A DNA stretch of 64,000 bases, taken from Aulosira sp. ZfuVER01 (lineage in GTDB: Bacteria; Cyanobacteriota; Cyanobacteriia; Cyanobacteriales; Nostocaceae). The DNA is taken from the NCBI GenBank assembly GCA_034530615.2, contig JAVRCV020000003.1, positions 1-64,000 on the forward strand. Reading direction: 5' to 3'. The translations under genes were made by a program, and so were the position numbers. The notes below the pieces were generated by a model. That model was not told where the DNA came from, did not search any database, and saw only the letters and a program-made list of their open reading frames with translations. Numbering within the stretch: the stretch's first letter is position 1; each line of letters begins with the position of its first letter. Positions 55,501 through 64,000 of the stretch are shown in pieces.

Positions 55501-56250
55501 CTAAAATCTAAAATCTAAAATTCTTTGGGGGATAACAATGTAACCAGTAGTGCGATCGCCTAATACTAAGTTACGTTGTTCGCCCCAATACCACCAGTGT
55601 GCAGCCACATAAGCACAAATCAGGCTATCTAGCCTATCTTCAACGGCTTTGAGTGCTGCACCTGTGTTGGGAATTTCCGGGATAAACGAACCGCCAAGGC
55701 GCAGAGAACGCAGAGGTGGTTGGAGGGTGGGCAGGATATCAACAATATAATTGTAGAGTCTGATTAATTCTAAGCGACGCTCGCGCAAGCGTCCTTTTTT
55801 GTATTTGAGGATGCGTTCTAAATTGAATAAATGAACTATTGCTGGATGGGGAAAAACTTCTATTTGATATCTGCCGAGTGTTTGGGGTTTTATGGTTGGT
55901 GCGTGGGCAAAACCACGAAATTCTAATTCTAAACCAAAGTTGACGGTGCGCTCGGCAAAGGCTAAACCCAAATTAGCTGGGTAGCATCCAGCATGATATT
56001 TACCAAAGTGTTTATGGCTGAGTTTGTCTGGTAGGCGACTCCCGCTAGCGTTAGGGATGAGGGTCGGTGCATCTACAGCGATGATTGCTGGTGCATCTGG
56101 GTGTATGCAAGTATCGATCCAGGTGAGAATATCTGCGATCGCTTCTTTACGATCTAAATCAATAATCTCTAATTCTCCATCTATTAATTCTAAGCAGCAT
56201 AGTCCACTTGGTTGCGATTTCCAACCTAAATCAATGCCGAGAAATTTCAT
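55501..56250 (-). CDS. DUF429 family protein (RNase H-like fold)
   Basis: FLGIDLGW, IAVDAP, IEVFPHPA and EDRLDSLICAY. Confidence 0.85.
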   Translation of the reverse strand: MKFLGIDLGWKSQPSGLCCLELIDGELEIIDLDRKEAIADILTWIDTCIHPDAPAIIAVDAPTLIPNASGSRLPDKLSHKHFGKYHAGCYPANLGLAFAERTVNFGLELEFRGFAHAPTIKPQTLGRYQIEVFPHPAIVHLFNLERILKYKKGRLRERRLELIRLYNYIVDILPTLQPPLRSLRLGGSFIPEIPNTGAALKAVEDRLDSLICAYVAAHWWYWGEQRNLVLGDRTTGYIVIPQRILDFRF

Positions 56251-56534
56251 TGCCCAGCAGCCAATTACTTACAATATGTTCAGCCTTATCTTACAGTTTG
56301 ATCCCATCTCTTTTAAAATTAAATTCACCGTGTTTTTGGCTCACACTAAAATCTCCTCTACTCTGTTGGAGGATGAGGAGAAGTTTCACAGGTATTACAG
56401 CGATCCCAACGCCCACGAAAAAACAAGCTATTGCAGATTGCTAAGAGAATTAGATGCACCTTTAATGTCTTAACCATGCATAGATAAAAGAGAGATGATG
56501 TAAACTCATTTTTGAAGTATGAGAAACCTCAGTG

Positions 56535-57419
56535 CTATATATCCTGCTTTCTCCGAAGTTGATGTTGCTGGCCGATGACGAAAGTTAAACCCGCTACAAG
56601 CAAACCAATTGCTCCTGATGATTCTGGTACAGACTGAGACTGAATATTTCCCTTGAGTGCAATTGCATCATTGCCACATTCCAAAAATATATTACTGAAA
56701 TAATTACCACTACCTAACAAATCTTTATCCAAAGAAAAGCCAATGGTATGGTTTCCTAGCGCAGAGAAGTGAGAAAAATCTAGCCCAGCATCTGTCAAAT
56801 CTTGACTACCAAGCATGGAGATATTTCCAACTTTTGTACCTGAAGCGATCGCATTTAGGATAGATGTATTGTTTGTGGTAGGGTTACTCGCGATCGCAGA
56901 TTGATAATAGTAGTTGTAGACAGCTTGTTCGGTTGCTAAGTCTGTACCTTGGGTATTAGGCATACCCGAGCCTTTGTCATAGTAACGCTTCAAACTGCTC
57001 TGACCATCATGCTCATTGGTGGTACTCTTAGCTGTGACTCCTTGGTAAACTCCAGTTGCCAGGCTGTTGTCATAGTCGGCAAACCTAACACCAAAAAGTT
57101 GACCTGTTTGGCTAGCTGTTTGAAAATCTTGACCGGAGAAATTAAAGAACAAGTCACTCCAACCAATATGAACTTTATGGGTAGTGCCTTCTAAAGGCAT
57201 TGCACCCGTCAGAGCGACATAAATTTTGTCGCCGGAATCTTTGATGGCCATACCTTTAATATCAAAGATGTCACCACCAGAGCCATCTCCAACCGCGTCA
57301 ATACCATAGTTCCAGCCGTTGTATAGTTGTCCAGCACTTGCCTGTTGACCAGACAAAGTTAGGATACTAATGCTGACGGCTGTAGTAGCAAGGAGGAATT
57401 TCAAATTACGTATCATCAT
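56535..57419 (-). CDS. PEP-CTERM (exosortase-sorted) surface protein, XDD3-like
   Basis: Signal peptide, WNYGIDAVGDGSGG and LECGND, then a C-terminal VPES + TM + RRK tail. Confidence 0.85.
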   Translation of the reverse strand: MMIRNLKFLLATTAVSISILTLSGQQASAGQLYNGWNYGIDAVGDGSGGDIFDIKGMAIKDSGDKIYVALTGAMPLEGTTHKVHIGWSDLFFNFSGQDFQTASQTGQLFGVRFADYDNSLATGVYQGVTAKSTTNEHDGQSSLKRYYDKGSGMPNTQGTDLATEQAVYNYYYQSAIASNPTTNNTSILNAIASGTKVGNISMLGSQDLTDAGLDFSHFSALGNHTIGFSLDKDLLGSGNYFSNIFLECGNDAIALKGNIQSQSVPESSGAIGLLVAGLTFVIGQQHQLRRKQDI

Positions 57420-58086
57420 GAAGCCTGCTCTACTACGCAGTTATATTTTTATCTGCCAATAGCGTAATCAAGCTTTAATGAATTTCGTATTGATAAATAT
57501 AAGGTTTTCTTAAAGTATAAATATTTGTCAATTTTTTATTTTTTTAAGTATTTCCTCTAGGTTATTACCCAAAAATAGTTTGTCTCCCTTGTCTTCCTTG
57601 TCTCCCTGTTCCTCTGCTTTCTCATATATGGTGCTAAATATTCATGCTGACCTACTTACTGTGCGATCGCCTACCTTAAAATCATCAAATCATAAATCAG
57701 TCTTCACCATCTCTTTAATAAGTGCTAAGACTCTTAAGCGACAAGGTTTCTATTAACACCCTCTTTCCTAACAATTGAAATATCCTTATTTCAACTACCA
57801 GCCTAGTGTTGCAAAATTCTTATAAGCAGATATACTGAAGATAACCGGGTCAAAAAGCTTTCGTATTCTTAAAATAAAGGGGAGAAGCTAGCCACTAAAA
57901 AAAGCAGCTAGCTTATAGAGTATCTACCGTTTCTTTGTCTTCAGCCGCTTACTGCTCCATTTCCCATACTAGGCTTGTCATTTTTTTTTGTCAAGCTGTC
58001 ATTTAAATGTGACTCAAAAAAATGTCTTGCATTTCAGACTTCATGAGAGAAAATAAAGACAAGCGTAATATTCAGGATTTTGGTAT

Positions 58087-58542
58087 ATGACTGACAGAAG
58101 GCGTTCTGATGATTACAAGCAAATCAGTGGCTATATCCCACTGGATTTAGCTCTAGAGTTCAAGAGTATCTGTGCCCGCTTAGGCATTTCCCAAAGCGAC
58201 GCTATAGAAGAGATAACTCAAGAGTGGGTAGCCAAAAACACTGGTTCTCATACTCTCAACTCTCGAAAAGCGGCTCCAAAAACAATTGCCGATTTGGTAC
58301 GAGCCAACATAGCAGAGCTGAAGCGCTGTGGTGTCAAAAACTTATCAGCATTAGCAAAAGCTGAAGTTTTACCAACACCAGGAGACTTTGCCATCATCAC
58401 ATCGGTTTTAGACATCCCAGAGGAGGACAGAAAAAAAATTTGGGAAGAAACTTTCAAAATGTCCGTGTATCACGATGCTAAGGGTGTAAAAGTATATAGA
58501 GATTCTGGAGGTGTCAAAGAAGATGAGTGTGAGTATTCTTAG
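58087..58542 (+). CDS. ribbon-helix-helix (CopG-like) DNA-binding protein with extra C-terminal domain
   Basis: YKQISGYIPLDLALEFKSICARLGISQSDAIEEITQEWV fits a strand-helix-helix pattern. Confidence 0.7.
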   Translation: MTDRRRSDDYKQISGYIPLDLALEFKSICARLGISQSDAIEEITQEWVAKNTGSHTLNSRKAAPKTIADLVRANIAELKRCGVKNLSALAKAEVLPTPGDFAIITSVLDIPEEDRKKIWEETFKMSVYHDAKGVKVYRDSGGVKEDECEYS

Positions 58543-59203
58543 AATCCTCAACTTACCAGGGTGGAATTGTAAAATGTCTTACGAAGGGGTTTCAATTGTT
58601 GCCCCAACAAAGCGTGATGCTACTGATTTAGCTCAAAGCTATGGAGAAGCTCTCAGCGAAACTGCTTGTAAGATTAAAGGCAAAGTACGGATTCAATGGA
58701 GAGGCTGTAAGCAACCAATTGAATTCTTTGGATGGATGGCAACCGAACAAGCGCCTACACCATCGGAAACAGCCGAACGGATATTGCAATCTGAGGGTGG
58801 ATTGTTTTGCAGCCAGTTATACATACCATCACAGTTGTTATACCGTATGGTTGCGGCTGGGGAAAATGAGCGTCCTGTGAGCATCGTCAGACAAGATACT
58901 CGCAAACAAATCATTGTGAATCAGCCAATGGCTGAGATGTTACAGACACCACCAGAAATTGCTACCCAAAGGATCATGACCCAGTTTTGGCTACCTGAGG
59001 ATTTAGCTGAACTGGAACAAAGGTTGCACAACGATAGACAGTTCACCTGGACTTATTCCGCTGGACTAAATGAGCGTGCTTGGGCAATCTTGACTACTCA
59101 ATTTGAGGCTTTTGAGGTTGAGGGTATTTGGTACAGACAAGGAACTTGTTTGTCAACTCCTCAACTAGTGCCAATACCACCAGGGGTGCTTGAACAAGCT
59201 TAA
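58511..59203 (+). CDS. hypothetical protein with PAS-like C-terminal half
   Basis: Overlaps the RHH gene; RPVSIVRQD..QIIVNQPMAEML..MTQFWLPEDLAELEQRL resembles a PAS fold. Confidence 0.55.
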   Translation: MSKKMSVSILRILNLPGWNCKMSYEGVSIVAPTKRDATDLAQSYGEALSETACKIKGKVRIQWRGCKQPIEFFGWMATEQAPTPSETAERILQSEGGLFCSQLYIPSQLLYRMVAAGENERPVSIVRQDTRKQIIVNQPMAEMLQTPPEIATQRIMTQFWLPEDLAELEQRLHNDRQFTWTYSAGLNERAWAILTTQFEAFEVEGIWYRQGTCLSTPQLVPIPPGVLEQA

Positions 59204-60010
59204 AAGAACAATTTGGCTCCTTCACGAATTAGAAAATCATCAGGTGCTTCAATTATTTTTCTATTTCGGGGTGCACTCCTTAAATCAGTTATCAGGTTTT
59301 AGATTTTCAGATTAGGAATTAGAGCAGTCCAACAATTTTGGATTGTGGATTTTAGATTGACCCCACAGATAAATCTGGAGGCTTGGGTATTTTAGATTGT
59401 GGATAGTCGGATTGATTCAACAGATAAATCTGGGGGCTTGAGGACTTCTACTAATTCTCTCGTGCTGTCCTTGTGTGGTAACTGGAAATTGAAACAATGT
59501 AGCGGATTTAAATATTGTTACCCTATGCGGAGATAGCCAGACTAATTACAGAATTTTTCAACCCTAAACTATAACAGCTAATTAAAATAACAGCGATTGA
59601 AAATTGCTGGTCTAAGGTGCGTAAATTGCTTTTTGGATTTTTGATTTTGGTAAATGCACCCTTGACACTCCATTGCACTGAATAAATCTACCTTGAGTTT
59701 TACTAAAAAATAGTATCCATTCTTACAATTTTTGGGCATTGGTCATTGGGCAATAGGCAATAATCATTTTTTCCCTTGCTCCCTTTCAGGTACTCTACCC
59801 TACCCTGCGGGAACCCTCTTCTAGGGAACAGGAACGCTTTCAGCGAACGAATTCTCCTTTGGAGTACGCAGTCGCCTGCAGAGGAGCCACTGCGCCCTTG
59901 TTTCCCCACACTCCCCTCATCTTACCCATCCCCCAGGTGTGATAGAGTTTTGTACCTACACGCAAAAATGCGATCGCTAAGATAATAAAGAGCAGGGAGG
60001 CAGCTAGAGC

Positions 60011-61942
60011 ATGACTAAACCAGAAGTAGCATCTTATGGATCTTGGCGATCGCCAATTACAACAGATTTAATGACTTCCCAAACAATTGGATTAGGGCAA
60101 GTTGTTATTGATGGCAAAGATATTTACTGGAGCGAATTACGACCATCAGAACAAGGTAGGAACGTAATTGTACGGTTAAAAGATGGTCAAATTCAGGATG
60201 TAACGCCTGCTGGCTATAACGTGCGTACCCGCGTTCATGAATACGGTGGAGCTTCTTTTATTGTAGTTAATGGCACAGTTTACTTTTCTAACTTTGCCGA
60301 CCAACGCCTGTATTGTCAATCTGCGGATAGCGAACCAAAACCGATCACAACAGAAGTAGCTAAACGCTATGCAGACGCTATTTTTGACCATCAACGCCAG
60401 CGAATTATTTGCGTGTGCGAGGATCATACCGTTGCTGGAAGGGAAGCTGTTAACACATTGGTCAGCTTGGGTTTACAAGGAGATGGTACAACGCAGCAAC
60501 TACTTGGGGGTAACGACTTTTATGCCTCACCTCGCCTCAGTCCTGATGGTTCGCGCTTGGCTTGGCTGACTTGGAACCATCCGAATATGCCGTGGGATGG
60601 GACGGAACTGTGGGTAGCAGAAGTCCAAGCATATGGACTTTTAGGAAAAGCTGAACAAATCGCGGGTGGTTTAGAGGAATCCATCTTTCAGCCGCAGTGG
60701 TCTCCAGATGGCACGCTGTACTTTATTTCTGACCGTACAGGCTGGTGGAATCTCTATCGCTGGCAAGATGGAAGTGTGGAAACTTTAACTCAAATGAACG
60801 CAGAGTTTGGTAAGCCTCTGTGGGTGTTAGGAATGTCCACCTATGATTTTGAGTCAAGCGATCGCATTATTTGCAGTTATACTCAGCAAGGTATTTGGCA
60901 TTTAGCTAGTCTTGACACGACAACAAAGCAACTAGAACCTCTGCCATCCCCTTATACAGACATTTCCTCACTGCACGCCGCCCCTGGTAAGGTAGTTTTT
61001 ATCGGTGGTTCTCCAACTGAGTCAACAGCTCTTGTACAGTTAGACTTAGCAAGTAAAAAGCTGGAAGTGCTACGCCGCGCTAGTGAGGTGAAGATTGAGG
61101 CTGGTTATCTTTCCCTACCTCAGGCAATTGCATACCCAACAGCCGATGGTAAGACAGCTTATGCCTTATTTTATCCACCGCAAAATCATGATTACACTGC
61201 TCCGGTAGGAGAGAAACCGCCGCTAATTGTCAAAAGCCACGGTGGCCCTACAGCCGCCGCTGGGAGTAGCTTGAACTTTCGCATTCAATACTGGACGAGC
61301 CGAGGTATAGCAGTTTTAGATGTAAATTACGGTGGTAGCACCGGTTATGGCAGAGAGTACCGCCAAAGATTAGATGGTCAGTGGGGAATTGTTGATGTCG
61401 ATGATTGTGCCGATGGGGCGCGTTCTTTGGTAGAAAAAGGAGAAGTAGACGGTAATCGCCTAGCAATTTCTGGTGGTAGTGCTGGTGGATATACAACCCT
61501 GTGTGCTTTAACATTCCGCGATACTTTTAAAGCAGGCGCTAGCCACTACGGAGTTAGTGATTTAGAAGCTTTAGCGAGAGATACTCACAAATTTGAGTCA
61601 CGATATTTAGATCGTTTAATTGGTGCTTATCCAGAACAGCGCCAGATTTATCAAGAGCGATCGCCTATCAATTTTACCGAACGTCTTGGTTCGCCGGTGA
61701 TTTTTTTCCAAGGATTGGAAGACCAAGTAGTACCACCTAATCAAACAGAAGCAATGGTTACAGCACTAAGAGTTAAAGGTGTGCCAGTAGCGTACCTTCC
61801 CTTTGAAGGTGAGCAGCATGGCTTCCGGAGAGCCGAGAATATCAAGCGTTCATTGGAAGGGGAACTCTACTTCTACTCGCAGATTTTCGGTTTTGGATTG
61901 GCTGAATCAGTTGAATCTGTAGCAATTGAAAACTTTGGTTAG
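60011..61942 (+). CDS. S9 family peptidase (prolyl oligopeptidase-like)
   Basis: [19 protein letters not shown] nucleophile, FQGLED and GEQHGFR. Confidence 0.95.
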   Translation: MTKPEVASYGSWRSPITTDLMTSQTIGLGQVVIDGKDIYWSELRPSEQGRNVIVRLKDGQIQDVTPAGYNVRTRVHEYGGASFIVVNGTVYFSNFADQRLYCQSADSEPKPITTEVAKRYADAIFDHQRQRIICVCEDHTVAGREAVNTLVSLGLQGDGTTQQLLGGNDFYASPRLSPDGSRLAWLTWNHPNMPWDGTELWVAEVQAYGLLGKAEQIAGGLEESIFQPQWSPDGTLYFISDRTGWWNLYRWQDGSVETLTQMNAEFGKPLWVLGMSTYDFESSDRIICSYTQQGIWHLASLDTTTKQLEPLPSPYTDISSLHAAPGKVVFIGGSPTESTALVQLDLASKKLEVLRRASEVKIEAGYLSLPQAIAYPTADGKTAYALFYPPQNHDYTAPVGEKPPLIVKSHGGPTAAAGSSLNFRIQYWTSRGIAVLDVNYGGSTGYGREYRQRLDGQWGIVDVDDCADGARSLVEKGEVDGNRLAISGGSAGGYTTLCALTFRDTFKAGASHYGVSDLEALARDTHKFESRYLDRLIGAYPEQRQIYQERSPINFTERLGSPVIFFQGLEDQVVPPNQTEAMVTALRVKGVPVAYLPFEGEQHGFRRAENIKRSLEGELYFYSQIFGFGLAESVESVAIENFG

Positions 61943-61974
61943 GTTCCCCACCCTCAAGCAGGAATCACATCATT

Positions 61975-62922
61975 ATGGCAATTCTAGCAATCGTCATTGC
62001 AGTTCTCGTCGCTGTCTTCCTCGTCCTTGTTTTAGCCAGCAAAAAGGCAGTCCAGCAGGCTGAAGCTGAGTTTCCACCGATCGGAGAATTTGTTACCGTT
62101 GAAGGAGTCCGGATACATTACCTTTGTCAAGGTTCAGGCAAAGCAGTTGTGCTGATTCACGGTAATACTGGCTTCATTCAGGACTTTACTCCAGAGGTAT
62201 TCAACTCTGCGGCTCAAGCTTACCGCACTTTTGCCTTTGACCGACCAGGACATGGCTATAGCGATCGTCCAAGAAACGAAGCGATTACAGCCATCGACCA
62301 GGCTCGTTTGCTACGGGAAGCTTTGCAACAGCTAGGCATTGAAACTCCAATTATTGTTGGCTATTCTTGGGGTGGTTCTGTTGCGCTTGGCTATGCGCTG
62401 GAGTATCCAAACGAACTCTCAGGGCTGGTGCTGCTGGGTGCGCTTGCCTTCAGGCGGGAACGGTTGAATCCCTTGTTAGAAATCATTGCGGAAACGCCGA
62501 TCATTGGAGATTTATTTAGAGCCATCTTACCTGTGGTGCTGGGTCGCAACCTCGTCCAGCAAAATCTGATTAAAGCCTTCGCTCCAGATACAGTACCAGC
62601 GAATTATCTCCGAATTGCACAGGCACTCTGGACGCGCCCAAGCCAAACCCTAGCTCTGACGCAAGACAACCTCACAATCAACCCCACGCTGGCAGCCCTC
62701 AGTCCTCGCTATAGCCAGATTCGTGTGCCAGTTGTCATTGTCACAGGAAATCAAGACCAAATTGTTAACGCTCAAGCAAATTCGTTGGCGTTGCATCAGG
62801 TCGTGATGAGATCTGAACTCATCGAATTGCCAAAGACAGGTCATGCAATTCCCAAAACTCGACCGCAGATTGTCATTGATGCCATTCGCAGAGTTGAGAG
62901 CAAAAACAACAGTATCGAATGA
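61975..62922 (+). CDS. alpha/beta hydrolase, membrane-anchored
   Basis: VVLIHG, FDRPGHG, GYSWGG, GNQD and GH. Confidence 0.92.
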   Translation: MAILAIVIAVLVAVFLVLVLASKKAVQQAEAEFPPIGEFVTVEGVRIHYLCQGSGKAVVLIHGNTGFIQDFTPEVFNSAAQAYRTFAFDRPGHGYSDRPRNEAITAIDQARLLREALQQLGIETPIIVGYSWGGSVALGYALEYPNELSGLVLLGALAFRRERLNPLLEIIAETPIIGDLFRAILPVVLGRNLVQQNLIKAFAPDTVPANYLRIAQALWTRPSQTLALTQDNLTINPTLAALSPRYSQIRVPVVIVTGNQDQIVNAQANSLALHQVVMRSELIELPKTGHAIPKTRPQIVIDAIRRVESKNNSIE

Positions 62923-62958
62923 AGCTATAAATTATTTCCCTCGCTCTGCTGCTGATTT

Positions 62959-63357
62959 TTAGCGACGATGTAAGAACCAATACCATCCAGAACCTTTGCG
63001 AGTTAGCCAAGAGTCTTCTAAATCAGGATTGTAAACAGGGAAATCGGAAGATTGGGAATCATCATGGACGCGAATTCTGACATTCTCACAATTCCCTTCT
63101 ATTTCAATTGTGACAGTTTGATTGTCGCTCTGGGTTGGACGCAAGAGACTATCTCTAATTATCCGTCGATTCCGATTAACTTCTTGCCTAGGAACACAAC
63201 GCACTTTCACCAAGGAGTTATCATTGGGGTTATCTAAAAGATAAGGCAAGATTGGAGAGTCACGCATTCTCGGAGTTTGGGCGCTGGCTAAAGATGTTAC
63301 CGATAGCAACAAGATTGTACTCAGGGTAATAATTCTTGCTCCAGGTGGGCTGTTCAT
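62959..63357 (-). CDS. hypothetical secreted protein
   Basis: Signal peptide ending SLASA, two Cys and an aromatic C-terminus; ggag RBS upstream on the minus strand. Confidence 0.65.
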   Translation of the reverse strand: MNSPPGARIITLSTILLLSVTSLASAQTPRMRDSPILPYLLDNPNDNSLVKVRCVPRQEVNRNRRIIRDSLLRPTQSDNQTVTIEIEGNCENVRIRVHDDSQSSDFPVYNPDLEDSWLTRKGSGWYWFLHRR

Positions 63358-63441
63358 GATATCTCCCCAGAAGTAAAGAAAGTAATTGCCAGGGTGCTAA
63401 CCCCGGCGTGGAATTAATTTAAAATTACGAATTGGTATAAC

Positions 63442-63999
63442 TTATTTGTTGTCTAGTAGTTGATTTACCTGCTGTCCCCGACGACCAGTTTTTATTTCAT
63501 AGCGACGAGTCAGGTTGTCTTCGTAGTTCATATCTCTAGCAGCAGCCGAGTTAACGAAAGCATCGCAATTTTTACCTTGAACCACTGTGGAGGAACTGCT
63601 GCTATTTTCCTCATTGCGGTTATTGCGGGTATCTTTGGAGTCGCTGTTATTTTGACTACCTTGGCTAGCACCGCTACCACTCACGCCAATACCTAAGAAG
63701 CTAACCCCACCGCCACCGCCGTCATTGTGGCTTTGAGAAGAACTGGAACGAGTGCTAGTGGAGGTTGCTAAGGCTAATTTGCTAGAACTGTTGCGGGTGT
63801 TACTACCCAAGCCAACATCACTACACAAAGCACGGGGGTCATTTGCTAAAGTTTTCGGGTCAACCCAAGATTGATGGTCTCCCAATCCTTGAACTTCAGT
63901 ATTCCCAACTGGATTGCTAGGTGCGCCAGGTGTAGGAGTTTTAGGAGTACCATTACCTACAGCTGCACCAGGGGTGAGAATACCTGGTTTGAAAATACC
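63442..63999 (-). CDS. 5'-truncated Ser/Gly/Pro-rich hypothetical protein
   Basis: The frame is open from the window end (GIFKPGILTPGAAVGNGTPKTPTPGAPSNPVGN...) to the stop at 63442. Confidence 0.65.
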   Translation of the reverse strand, partial: GIFKPGILTPGAAVGNGTPKTPTPGAPSNPVGNTEVQGLGDHQSWVDPKTLANDPRALCSDVGLGSNTRNSSSKLALATSTSTRSSSSQSHNDGGGGGVSFLGIGVSGSGASQGSQNNSDSKDTRNNRNEENSSSSSTVVQGKNCDAFVNSAAARDMNYEDNLTRRYEIKTGRRGQQVNQLLDNK

Positions 64000-64000
64000 A

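Noticed and set aside
59703..59985. Short ORFs upstream of the S9 peptidase
   Set aside because: Composed of STRR and dispersed repeat sequence.

Overview
A 64-kb chromosomal window from a filamentous cyanobacterium, most likely Nostocales. This assignment rests on dense HIP1 GCGATCGC sites, heptamer STRR repeats, ndhH, cofG, a long cyanobacterial-type thiE and a PEP-CTERM protein. Housekeeping genes (ndhH, cofG, thiE/thiS, sbp-cysT-cysW, Na+/H+ antiporters, glgP) are interleaved with accessory DNA. That DNA includes the end of a VirB8/VirB10-like secretion module, an orphan 16-repeat CRISPR array whose trailer is broken by nested MITEs, a lone tyrosine integrase and a GC-rich AraC/oxidoreductase/TMEM175 cassette. 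The most striking feature is a full-length 874-aa major vault protein (MVP) homologue at 34670-37294. It lies co-directionally downstream of an orphan DpdE-like SNF2 helicase and the decayed, MITE-interrupted start of the next gene, so it may be a bacterial vault in a former defence locus. All calls come from reading the sequence and translations by eye; no searches were run.
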